From contig NC_068981.1 in assembly GCF_001194135.2 (NCBI RefSeq), positions 33,161,401 to 33,218,065 of the forward strand: DNA of 56,665 nt, in the 5' to 3' direction. Under the pieces are notes generated by a model. That model did not search any database and was not told the DNA's origin. It saw only the letters and a program-made list of their open reading frames with translations. Positions 13,493-27,191 of this stretch are shown here, in pieces. A program made the position numbers and the translations under genes. How positions within the stretch are numbered: the stretch's first letter is position 1; each line of letters starts with the position of its first letter. This stretch comes from Octopus bimaculoides. Its lineage: Eukaryota.

Positions 13493-13556
<64 letters not shown>

Positions 13557-16500
13557 GAGCGAAGACATGTTACCATGAAGTAGAGAAATTTGAAAAGACA
13601 ACACGAAACCGGTTATTTCTCCAAATACAATGTTTATATACCAAAAAAATTTTATAACATTTTTCAGACATAATTTAAATATATACTTTAACCATGTAAC
13701 ATAAGCCTTCTGTAGTTTTTTCACTCTTGTTTATCTTTTATACATCCAGCCACGTGCTTTCACATACCAATTTTCTCACCTATATATATATATAGAGGGA
13801 GATAATGTGTGTGTATACATATATATAAAGGGAGATAATGTGTGTATTTTTAAATGTTTTTGTGAATAAAACATTAAGCAACAAGTAATGTCTAAAAGGC
13901 TTGTCAGTCTGTTTCATGGTGCTAGCAGACAAAATGCAATGCTTCACTATGTTGAAGCTATTGTATACCCTCTGCAGTGATCCATGCTACAGCCACACAT
14001 CTCTCCTCACAGATCTTGACACTTGTATTCAACAAGCTGCTGAGATGATATGCAGTGTTTAGTTTGATGACACCAGATAGCAACAGTGTACCTTACTTGT
14101 CAAATACAGCAGTTTTGGCCTTTGGTCTCTGGTCTGACTGATCCTGCTGGCATTTCTCTCATTGGTGAGCTCTTGTCATGTCTTCTCAACAATTGAACTA
14201 TTGTGACCTGGAAGCCACCTCATCCTCCCTGATCACACATGGAGTCAGCTAGGCCTCCGATGTGGACATCCGTCCTCCTCTGCCCTGTGTGGATGGGCTT
14301 GTGTGCTGATTTGATCAACATCATCTGGCATGTTTCTGCTCAGCCTTCCAGCTCCACAGCAGTGCCTGGCTCAACAGAGTGCCATCACTCGCGACTGGTA
14401 CTCAGCTTGATATTGACTGTCTACACATTATTGTTTCTTTGAAGCCTGTTCTCCAGATCTGTGAGCCTCATAAACGCCATTGCAGATCCTCTGTGGATTG
14501 TTCCAACCTCCACCCATTGTATAACTTGAAAATTACTATCAGTATTAATCTAACACATGATGAGCCTCTACATGGCTACTCACCCATCTAGAATTTGCAA
14601 TTAAATCTCCTCCCTCGAATCCAACGTCACTATTTTAAATAAACATGGGTACTTCAAACTCTCACCTCTGATCATAAGTTTGCTTGATCATAAGTCTGCT
14701 TGATAAATTTGATCTGGAATAAACACGAACAACAACTTAAGACATGATCTCAGATAAAATTTCTTGCTAAACAAATACAACTCTACAACTTCAATACAAT
14801 TACCATTATAACTGTTTATTACTGTGTTACAATTCTGGAGAAATATAAGCATTATGATTGCATCATTCATAAATTAAAATGTATTTTAATCTTAGTGCAT
14901 CATATGTTAACTGCTGAATGTTATATTTTACTAACGTATTACAATAATTTCTAATTACTCTTGATTTCATTCAGTGATTGACGCATATGGAAAAATCTCC
15001 AGTGGAATAATGTTGGGAGATTTAAAATTCCCAGGATCTTTTGACGAATGCAAGAAAGCTGATGTAATTATATCTGAAAAGTATCGGCCTTTTACTCCAA
15101 AATACTGCCAAGTCAGCTTTCTCCCACGTTCTGCTTCAATGGTATGGAAGAACAAAATTAAATTCATATTTGTTATGATTCAGTTTGATTTACTTTTGTG
15201 GTAATCCCTTATATTATAAGGCACAAGACCTGAAATTTGTGGGGAGGAGGTAGTTGATTATACAGACCTTAGTACTTGACTGGTACTTGTTTTATCAATC
15301 CCTAAAAAAATGAAAGGCAAAGTCACCTTTGGCAGGATTTGAACTCAAAACATAAAGAGCCACAAGAAATGCTGTTAAGCATTTTGTGTATTGTGAGAAT
15401 GATTCTGCAAGCTGTCACCTTCACAAATTATATAATGTAGAATATGTTATAGTATTATGTTATAAGGCAACAAGCTTGCAGAATCATTGGAACTTTGAAT
15501 GAAATGCTTAGCAGTATTCTTCTAGCTCATTACATTCTGAGTTCAAAAATGTCACTGAGGTCGATTTTGCTTTTCATACTTTCAGAGTATATAATATAAA
15601 GTACCATTTGAATACTGGAGTCGATGTAATTGATTTGCCCACCTCCTTCAAACTTGCTGGCCTAGTGCCAAAATTTGAAACCATATTTTATTGTATTATA
15701 GTGTCAGTAGTAAACTATTGACAAACTTAGTGTATTAACTTGATTTGAAGCTTAGTTTTATTTGATTCACTTTTAAAAGCGTAAGTGTCACAACTTTTAT
15801 ATTTATCCCAAATTGAATTCAAGAGAATGGATATTTCTAATCAGACAAGATCAAGCAAACTGCATGAAATAAATAGATATTTATGTCATATTAATAATAT
15901 CAATAACATGTGTAAAAATGTGACATTATATTTTGCTACTAAAGAAAAGATCTGGAAAGTATTGATTATAAATATATTGATAACAGACTGTTGGAGTCTG
16001 GATAGCTCCCTGCTAGCCAGCTCCATGTCAAACCATCCAACGCATGCCAGCATGGAAAGCAGACGTTAAATGATGATGATGATGATGATGATGATGATGT
16101 TAAGTCCTTTAATTCTTTATGTTGTTTTAGTCATCAGCTTCTATTAGTTTCTCATTGTTAAAGAATTTGACACAATCTTCAAAGCGAAGTAAATTGCGTT
16201 GTTGCTAAGAATGTTCTGTAATAAGGAGTGGGGAAAAAGGAAGAATTTGTAACACTTTTGATTCCAGCTTGCATGAGAATTCTCATGGGTCTGTGATATA
16301 AACTTCTGATTTAAAGTGATCTACATTAAAACCTTTCATCAAAATTCCATGCTATTTTAAGTTCCAAACATCAGCTTAACAAAGACAACATTATTTTATT
16401 AGATTTATTCATTATTTTCAAATTTAATCAGAACATAGTCAGTGTATTTCAAGAGAAAGTGTTTAATAATATATCTAAGCTATTTATGCTTTATGTAATT

Positions 16501-17927
16501 ATTTTCTATTTCTAGGGAAATTTAATGGCTCTACCTACATCACTGTCATTTGGTTTGTGCGTTCCAAACACTTGTCAGGAAAATGAGCTGCAAAATTTAG
16601 CAAAAATGGGTAGGTAACAATGGTTGGCAAGAATTCTACTTGGAACAACTATTTTAATAATGCATTTTCTTAGCATATCAGAAAGTAATTCTTCTTATTT
16701 TCATAAGTGTTCTTCAAGAAATTGGGAAACTGAAAGATATGAAAGATGTTTACCCACTGAAAAAACAGAAGATAACAAGTGGAGACTAATTCAGTCCTCA
16801 CTGCCCCACTCAGGCAAAGTATACAGGCTAAAGGGCAAAACGCTTGTGATCCTGAGATACCTACTGATGATACAAAGAGTTTCCTATGTGTAATGGATTC
16901 AGAAGAACAGCTTGCAATACTTTTGATTAGTTCCTGCAGTTTCTACATTGAGCAAAGCATCCATGATGTTCATTTTATGTCTTATTTGTCAAATGTTCCT
17001 TTAACTTCTATGACATATGGTTCCTTGGTACAAGTATAAGAATCATGAAAAATGACCCAAATCAACTAAAACAAAATGGTTAGAAGAAATGTCTAAATGA
17101 TTGAGATAAGTTGAATTTTTTTTTTAATTAGTTTGTAATTTTCAAGACTGTCAACTTGATCTTTAGATATTTTTTTATGATCATTTACATCTATATTCTA
17201 AAGTAGCTAACATAGTCAGAGTGTGTAATAGGATGATTAAGTTTTAGTTTGTCTAGGATAATATGACTGTGACATTTATCTCTGCAAATGTTCTGCATCT
17301 TGGGTAAGAAGTTGAACGAAATGGCTGATTCTGAGGCCTCATACAGACTATCTCAGTAATTAATAACACGGTGGTTGATAATTTCAGTAGGCATACTGGA
17401 GAATACCTTGGTGAATTCCATGGTGTGCATGTAGGTTATGGCTTTAGTTTAAGGAACAAGGTTTCTAGAGCTTCTGACAATTTGCAACACAAACTTCAGG
17501 AAGCCAATCAGTCACCTAATCCCCTTATTAACCAAGAGAAGCACAACTGGGTAGTGTTTATCCTCTCCAAGAGCTAGACTCAGAGACACAAAGCAGTTTG
17601 AAAAAGGAAGCTACAGAAAGATCCATTGAAGAGTCAGAAATTTAGAGAAGTTCTACTTGAAGTATTTGGCAAAATGGAGGAGAAGATGGATATTTGTGAC
17701 ATGTAAGACAATATGAGTTCCTAGGGGATAACCTGTTGAGGACTACGACCACAATTTGTAAATGGAGTAAAGCCCCAACGAGATAGTAACTTAGTGTTGA
17801 AATAGAGCCATAAAAGTGAAGAGAAAGGCTTGTTAAGATTGGAAGAAAGAAGCATGCAAAGAACTATATCAAGTAGCTAGATGAGAAGCTAAATGACAGA
17901 TGTATACAGAAAGTAAGAGATTAACCA

Positions 17928-17997
<70 letters not shown>

Positions 17998-18692
17998 ACG
18001 TGCGCGCGCGCGTGTATAGATAGATAGATAGAGAGAATAAGAGCCATTAAGTATAAGAAGGGTCAAGCACATAAAGGGAAATAACTCTAAATTTTCACAC
18101 TGTTACAACTCGGTCGTCTACCTTGGACATTTATATGTTATGTTATTTCTCACAGAAACAATGTACTTAATCTGAACACGTGAACTCTTTTGAAATTCCA
18201 GGCATTCATCTTTTACCATATCATGTTGGAGATAATATGACTGCTGTAGCAAGTTGTGAAAAAGATAAAGAATATGATGGGAAAGCTATTTTCTCAATGT
18301 AAGTATAAGTCTTCGTTACTAGAACTATAGAGGGATAGAAGTTGAGTTGCTTGGAAATCTGAAGCCTCCAAAAACTTAAATAGTTTTTTGAGTTGTGAAA
18401 GAAGTGCCACAAATGGAACAATCAGAAGCCACAAATGGAACAATCAGAAAGATTTTTTATAAAAGAATTAAGGATGTTTGTAGTTGAGCATAAAATGAAA
18501 ATATGAATCACAATCAAAATCAAATTTGCTGACGTGGCCAGTGACAGCATTGCCTGACTGGCACCTGTGCCAGTGGAACATTAAAAGCACCATCCAAGCA
18601 TGATCGTTGCTGGAATGTCTTTGATAATAAGTAAGCTTGTTCANNNNNNNNNNNNNNNNNNNNNNNNNNNNNNNNNNNNNNNNNNNNNNNNN

Positions 18693-18724
<32 letters not shown>

Positions 18725-19440
18725 CTATGCCCACATTACTCTTCTTTTAATAACTTTTATACACACTGCTATCACCTAGACATAATCCGGATACGTTGAT
18801 ACTTTGCACAGAAGATACTTTAGTTCATTCAGTGAACAGGAACTTTAAATGCATCTTGTACTCACAACTTGATAATCTAATTCTCTTTTAATGATACAAA
18901 ACTATAGTCCCAATATATATCGGTTAATGGGCCAGCAAGAATGACATTCTTTTGTCATGGATACTGTGTAATACATGTGATGAGTTCTACATTTTATTGG
19001 AATGTCACCATTCCGTCCACTCATCAGATGCAACTATCAAACAGCAAAGAAAAGATATAGACATACTTTAACCATCTTAGAAATTTCCTGGTCTTTTAAT
19101 GATGTATTTCTTGCTTCAGTGTGATAGAATTCTAGGTCCTACCTATCATGCTCTATAAAATAAGATGATGATCCCATTTTGTTCACAGTGCCTCCAACAC
19201 CCAAACCATCATCAGGCTACTTGTTATTTTTATGATTTAACAATATAAGTTTTTTGCTTATCATTGCAGAGTTTGTATTTCGTTATTTCTGTTTGCTATT
19301 GTTACTGGAACCTTGTATGACCTTTTTATGCAAGATGCTAATTCTCAGCGAAACAATCTTCCTACAAAAGCTTCAGAAAATAAAGATGACAACAATAAAG
19401 GAAATGTGCAGAGCCCAGGTCAATATTCTTGTTATTTATT

Positions 19441-19482
<42 letters not shown>

Positions 19483-20603
19483 GAAGGTTGCGAGTTGGCA
19501 GAATTGTTAAGGCAGCGAGCTGGCAGAATCGTTAGCACGCCGGGCGAAATGCTTAGCGGTATTTCATTTGCCACTACGTTCTGAGTTCAAATTCCACCTA
19601 GGTCGACTTTGCCTTTCATCCTTTTGGGGTCCATTAAATAAGTACCAGTTATGCACTGGGGTCAATATAATCGACTTAATCCATTTGTTTGTCCCCTCTG
19701 TGTGTAGCCCCATGTGGGCAGTAAAGAAATAAGAATTGTTAACATGCCAAACAAAATGCTTAGCAACATTTCATCCGTCTTCACATTCTGGGTTCAAATT
19801 CCTTCCTGGTCATCTTTGCCTTTCATCTTTTCATGGTAGATGAATAAGTACCAGTTGAGTACTGGGGTCAATGTAATTGATTAGCTCCCTCCACCAAAAT
19901 TTCAGGCCTTGTGCCTACAAAAGAAAGGATTATTATTATTATTATTATTATAGATGTCACACAGTATACAATATCATATATTGTATACACAGTATACAAT
20001 ATTGTGCCTACCAGGGGTTTGTACTGTTTGTCAAATTACAACAAGGACCTCAGACAGACAGTACTTTATGCAATATGCATGCAGCTCCAAGTAATGCCGA
20101 CTTTTGCAATACACTTAGACTGTAGGCTATTTCTAAGGTTTTCAGATTGGATGGTATTGAACCCAATGCTCCAATGACAATAGGGATAACATTTATGTTT
20201 GACTCTCGTAGCTGCCACATCTTAGTGATCTCAATTCTCAGGTCTCCATATTTATCAACCTTTTCTCTTTCTTTCATGATAATATGTTGATCTCCTGGCA
20301 CTGCTACGTCAGTTATTAGGCACTCTTGTTTGTCCCTTCTAAAGGTTACTATATCTGGCCTTCGGTGCTCTAATATCTTGTCTGTCTGGAAGTCAAAGTC
20401 CCAGAGGATTTTTGCCTTCTCCACTCACAAATGCAAGTGGTATTTCGTCTGCCACAACGTTCTGAATTCAAATTCCGCCGAGGTCAACTTTGCCTTTCAT
20501 CCTTTCTGGGTCGATAAATTAAGTATCGGTGAAGTACTGAGGTCAAAGTAATCGACTTTTCCCCTCCCCACAAATTCCAGGCCTTGTGCCTGTAGTAGAA
20601 AGG

Positions 20604-20674
<71 letters not shown>

Positions 20675-21097
20675 GGCAGTGGGTTGGCAGAATTGTCAGC
20701 ACACCAGGCAAAATGTTCAGCAACATTTCGTTAGCCCTTACATTCTGAGTTCAAATTCTGATGAAGTCATCTTTGCCTTTTCTCCTTTTGGGGGTTAATG
20801 AAGTAAATGCCAGTTGAGCATTGGAATCAATGTAATTGACTTACCCCTGGAAATTGCTGATCTTGTGCCTAAATTCGAAACCATTATTACTATTATTGTT
20901 AATGGTCTTCTGCCACATCATGTCACATGAATCAGGATGGTCATTTATTATCTCCTTATAGGATGCAGCATCTTCAGGTTAGACTTTACCACATCATCCT
21001 ATGTCTTCCTCAGTCTCACTCTTCAATGGATTCCACTAACCTGGAGTCTCTGTTATAGCAGTCATTTTCTATATGCATCACATGCCCATAACAATGG

Positions 21098-21148
<51 letters not shown>

Positions 21149-21279
21149 NNNNNNNNNNNNNNNNNNNNNNNNNNNNNNNNNNNNNNNNNNNNNNNNNNNN
21201 NNNNNNNNNNNNNNNNNNNNNNNNNNNNNNNNNNNNNNNNNNNNNNNNNNNNNNNNNNNNNNNNNNNNNNNNNNNNNNN

Positions 21280-21332
<53 letters not shown>

Positions 21333-22093
21333 GTACACTACATCAAATTTTCTCTCCGCTTATTTACATTCATGCATACTATTATTACATGTTCACTGGA
21401 ATAAATTTGATTCATCTCTTTCTAGCTTTTACAAGTTTTCAGCATTCAAAGCCCTCCACATCTCACTAACATTCAGTATTGCAATTCAAACTCAAGAATC
21501 ATACAATCTGCTACCCTCTTTCTAAAGGAGAAAACCTTTGTTGCCAGCAGAGGTAAAAGCTCCCTGACCTTTTCCAAACCAGTTTTTATCCTGGTTTCTA
21601 TGCTTTAAGAACAGCAGCTTTCACTGCTGATTTTGTCACCTAAGTAGAAGAAACTATCAGCTATCTTTAGTGGGTCATTTGGGTATTGAAAAGGATCTAT
21701 TTTTGGCATGTTCTTTAACGCTTATAGTCTCAGTGCACCTGCCACATACAAAGTGCTTTTTCAGTTAGCTTGCATGTAACTCCATTACATCTCTTGAGAC
21801 TCCATAACTTATACTGAGTACAGTATATGAAGTTCCTTTCTATTCCTTTTTGTTGTATCAAGGAAGGTTATTTTCCTGAAGATACCTGGGTGCTATTACC
21901 TTTTCTGCTGAATAATACTTTAGAGTTAGCTAAGGTGATTTTGAGGCCTCTTGATTCTAGATTTTGATTCCATGTTTGGAATCTCTTCTCTAATTCTACA
22001 ATAGATTCAGTTATAAGAGCTCATTCCTTCAGCATATATAGGAGTTCTCAAAATCAGGTGGTCTTGAGCTCCTCTATGGAGAGACAGACAGAC

Positions 22094-22124
<31 letters not shown>

Positions 22125-25100
22125 GATAGATAGGCAGGCAGATAGACAGAGCATATTTAAAATTATAAATCTGTTGTTAATTATTCAGTGACACTATCTT
22201 CATTGAACAAGTCAGTTTCGTATACATGGTTATTTCAAGAAAATTATAATTCTATAAAATATCTTTTTTATTTTTACAAGAAATTTATAAAGCTTTTGTT
22301 TTGTTTTCTATAAAAGGTGTTTTGGGAAGAGCCCTTCTATGTTTTTCTATTTACACAAATGGAAAAAAATTGCTGAAAACTGAACAAGCAGAAGGGACTC
22401 TTAGTTGTATCCATGGCATAAGGTTTCTCAGTTTGACCTGGGTCATTCTTGGTCACACCTATGTTTTTGGAATACCAGCATATCGTAAGTAATCCCAGTA
22501 TTTAACAAGTATTTCATTAATGGTATTAATATAACAATTTGTTCTGAAGTCTTGTCAATAAACTTAACCTATAGCAAATTTAACTGATAGTGATTTTAGT
22601 TTTTGTTTTTATTCTTCAGGAAACCTATTTGCACTTCCTGATAACTTGAAAAATTTTGCATTCCAAGCAATTGGAAATGCTTTTGTTTCAGTAGACACAT
22701 TCTTCTTATTAAGGTAAGTTAATAATTAATGATTCATTGCTCATAAGTCAATCATTCTATATTAATGTCTTTTAACCAGATGTTTTATTAGAAGTTGATA
22801 AAGGTTTACTATATATCAGGTTGAGTAAAAAGTAAGCAACATTTTGAACCATGAAGAATTTGTACTGGATTTTTGCAGAGTTTTGAATTTCTTTTAAACA
22901 TTTTTTTTTTTTTTTGCAATTGTCTGATAATATAGACATAGACTTGCCAAAATGCATCAATAAATTAACATTGATATTTTTTTCACTGTTGTTACAATCA
23001 TCTGAAATGGAACTGTCGGTGCGATATTCAAGCAATTTTGCTATTCAACTTCAAAAAAAGGACGTAAAGTAGCTGAAACTGCTCGTGATATCAACAAAAT
23101 GTTGGATAAGGAAATGATCAGTGAGTGGTCAGCTCAAAAATGGTTTAAACGATTTTGTAGTGGAGACCTGAGCCTTGAAGATTGTGAGCACAGTGGACGC
23201 CCATCTGTTATCGATGATGGTCAATTAAAGACCGCCATTGAGAAACATCCACATAAAATCACTTGAGAACTGGCAAAAAGAGCTTCAAGTTAGCCAGAAA
23301 ACTGCCTGCAACCATTTGCATGCGATCAGAAAATCAAAAAAGCTCAACAAATGGGTACCACATGATTTGTATGAAAATGAGAAAATGCGCAGATATGAAA
23401 TCTGCTCATTGCTTCTTCTCTGTAACCAGACTGATCAATTTCTCAACCATATTGTAACTTGTGATGATAAGTGGATTCTGTACAATAATGAAAAACATTC
23501 TTTGCAGTGGTTGGACCAAAATGAAACACCGAAAACCTTCCCTAAACCCAAGCTCTTCAAAAAGAAAGTTATGGTGACTGTTTGGTTGTGTCCTGCTGTT
23601 TTAAGAAGTTATAGTATAAAGAGTGGATGGATAGCCTGTTCTGTTTATGAATTTAGTAGAATGAAATAAATACATATTATTTTTACTATTTTCTTTTTTA
23701 GTGGTCTTTTGGTAGCTTATAGCTTTTTCAAGTATTTAGAAACTTCAGATGGTAAAATGAACTGGTTGTATTTCTATTGTCATCGATTTTGGCGGTAAGT
23801 ACCTTTACTTAAACATCTAAGTGAAACATGTGATTTGAAACAGATTGAATAACTACTTCTGCAGGTTGATAAGTTAATCAAGGGAGGTAATGCCCCACTA
23901 CTTCATCCAGAGCTCCCAGGCAGGTGATATAGATGCAGTTGATTCTTCAGTTTGAAGATTTCAGCTTGAAGACAATCAGCTTGGACAATTTGAAAGGAGA
24001 TTCCAGGGGATTTCAGTCCTGGAAAGGACTGCAGGATCTGGGATGTGAGACACAGAAAAGTTGATGAGAGGATTAGGAAATGGATGTGTCGTGTGGACCT
24101 AAGTAAAAAGTGTGTGTGACTAGCTATATTAGAAGAGATCAGATCATTGCAGCTGTGATAGAAGTTAAGAAACAATATATCTCTGAATTAGCTATTGAGG
24201 TATATTGGTGAGCAAATCTTGGTCAGCCAATCAGAGAGCCCTCTAAAGCATGTACTCTAAGATGGCCATACATGTGTGTGTATGTGTTGGGGGGAACCTT
24301 CTAATAAAAGTGGTAAGTTTTAAGAAACATTATATCTGTAAGCTATTGGTTGTAGTGTGCTGTGAGTGAATTGTTGCCAGTCAATTAGATAGCCTTCTTA
24401 TAGATACAATTTAAGATGTCATTTTACAACAAACTGGCACAAGACAAGCACACAAAAGGTGGACAGAAAAAGCACTTTAAGGATACACTTAAAGTGTCAC
24501 TGAAGAGCTTTGAGATCAACCCGAATACCTGAGAAATGCAAGCATAAAACTGCCCTGCCTGGCGAAGCTGCACCAACAGTGGTGCCACTTCCTTCCAACA
24601 GTGGTGCCACTTCAAGATTACAGGGGTACAAAGAACAAGCAAACTGTGTAAGTCCAGAGCCTACTCTTTGTTTTCAGTCCCAGTAGACCACCAGGGCTTG
24701 ACCTGCGACAGAGCCTTCCATGCATGTGTCAAACTGACTGGCCACAGCCAGTCATACTGTGACCTATCTTCTCCAATATGAAGTCCTTGGTCATCATTGA
24801 CACTGACAGACAAACAAATAAGTTTCATCGCCCTAGAATATTATGGTATTGAACCCAACTCTTCAGAATCAAAACTTGTTAGGTGAAGCCTCCCCCAGCA
24901 ATAAAATTTAATGAGCAAGATTCATCTGTCAAGTCTTTGGGGCTATATCTAGGCAATATCTAGCATATGTTGTGGTGTATTTCGTTTTTTTTTTCTTTCA
25001 ATACTTTGAAAAAAACATTATAATGACTGAAAAAAAAAACTTGTTTTTTGTTTTATTTTTTCTTTCCAGTTTGACTCCTCCCTATATGCTTGTCATGATG

Positions 25101-25489
25101 GTATACATACCCTTGTTCCCATACTGGGGTAGTGGACCTTACTGGCAGCATGATGGCTTTGAGGTTAACTACTGTAAGGATTCGTGGTATTACAATTTAC
25201 TGTATATAAACAACTTATTGGCAGATGATAAACCATCAGTAAGTTCTCTTCTAATAATTAACAATATGACCCAATGCTTTTGTTATTCAAACTCATTCAT
25301 AAGTAAACTACAATAGTAAAAGCATTCTAGCATTTACAGTTCTGTCATTTTAGGAGTTTCTATGATTACATTATCTAAGGTGTCCTTTCCTTTTCTAAGG
25401 GTTGTGATTTAATGGAAATTTCGCTGTTGTTTCTAGCATATCAAGTATCCATGAAGTAATACTCTCACTCAATTGTTAACGCATTGACA

Positions 25490-25523
<34 letters not shown>

Positions 25524-27155
25524 ATTGAGCTGGTAGAGTTGTTAAAGTTGTGGAGAGAATACTTGGCCGTATTTAGTCCGGCTATCTGTGCTTTGAGTTC
25601 AAATCCCAGAGAGGTCAATATATCTTTCATCCTTTCAACTAATGTTCCATTTAAGCTGTGAGCTGGTGTATGCACACACATTTTGCAAACAGTATGCAAA
25701 TGCAAAAAGGTGTATGCACACAAGATTTTCAAGATGAAATTGAATATTTTTAATCGAAGAAATGAGCTGTATGATTTCATAATAAAACCACAAATAATAC
25801 ACACTTGAAAATGGTGTGCATTCGCTTAGGTGATCAATATGGCATTTGAGTAATGGTTATTTGCATGGATGTACATATACTTTGCAAAGAAAGATAAAAT
25901 TTACACATTAGCAAATTTTCTGCACACTCCCACAGCAAAAATAATTAGAGAGAACATGGCTTTCAAAATTGATAAATGTGAAATGGTAAGTTTATGAGCC
26001 AAATCTTTTCTATTCTAGCAGACACTCTAGCTGCTCTTAGAATCATTCTCTTTCTCCTTCTTTGTCTCACTTATAAAATAAAAATGTTACCATATTTTCT
26101 GCTATACAAGTCAACATAGTCATATAGTGTAAACATGTAGTGTAAACATATCAAATATTGTCACTATCTTTCCAAATCCTGCTGCATTTTGCATGGAATA
26201 TTTTATTTTCCAGTCATCTTGCTGTATAATTCGATCTATCTTTTTGGTTGGAAATTTTGGTCTGAAAAATTTCATTTGTATGCCAGAGAATTTCATAAAT
26301 TATTTTCTTTTGTTGCTATATATATATATATATAACTTTTATAAGGAATATTCTAAAAGAATATGTAACTGAACTTATATTGAGTGCTCTATTATTTTGA
26401 GCAAATATATATATATGTATTTTTATATTATTAATAAATTCATAAAATTATCAATAATATTCGTAGGAAATCAATATTTAATATTTCGAAAGATATATAT
26501 CCGATATGACATGGTAAAATAATAAATTTAAAATTTAAAATATACGAGATATAAATATAAATATATAAATGCAGATAAAGATACATGTGAATATAAATGC
26601 ATATAAAAATTTATGCGTAATTAAGCATGAATGTTATAAAGACTAAAGTTTAAAAAATCTAAAATTTAAAAAATTAAACATCTGATGGTCGTTTCGCGGA
26701 TATTAATATAATCACAATGTAATCAAAAGATCAGCATATTATCATAATTCCGCTCTTCAGAGATGAATTAAGAACTAATGGTATATGTAATATTAATTAA
26801 AAAATTATTAAAAATATTAAAAATATTAGAACGTTAAAAATATTAAAGTGTATACTGTCCTTTAAATAAATTGTAAAATTAGTCCTCCTATAATTTGGAA
26901 AGTTCATTTTTTTATCCTTCATTGAAATTTTAGTCTTTATAACATTCATGCTTAATTACGCATAAATTTTTATATGCATTTATATTCACATGTATCTTTA
27001 TCTACATTTATATATTTATATTTATATCTCGTATATTTTAAATTTTAAATTTATTATTTTACCATGTCATATCGGATATATATCTTTCGAAATATTAAAT
27101 ATTGATTTCCTACGAATATTATTGATAATTTTATGAATTTATTAATAATATAAAA

Positions 27156-27191
<36 letters not shown>

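Noticed and set aside
17257-17303. Apparent small exon (ag|GATAATATGACTG...|gtaag) sharing 13 nt with exon 4
   Set aside because: Open only in phase 0, incompatible with the phase-1 donor of exon 3; better explained as a decayed LINE remnant (VLHLG-like); exon 4 at 18202 already closes the frame
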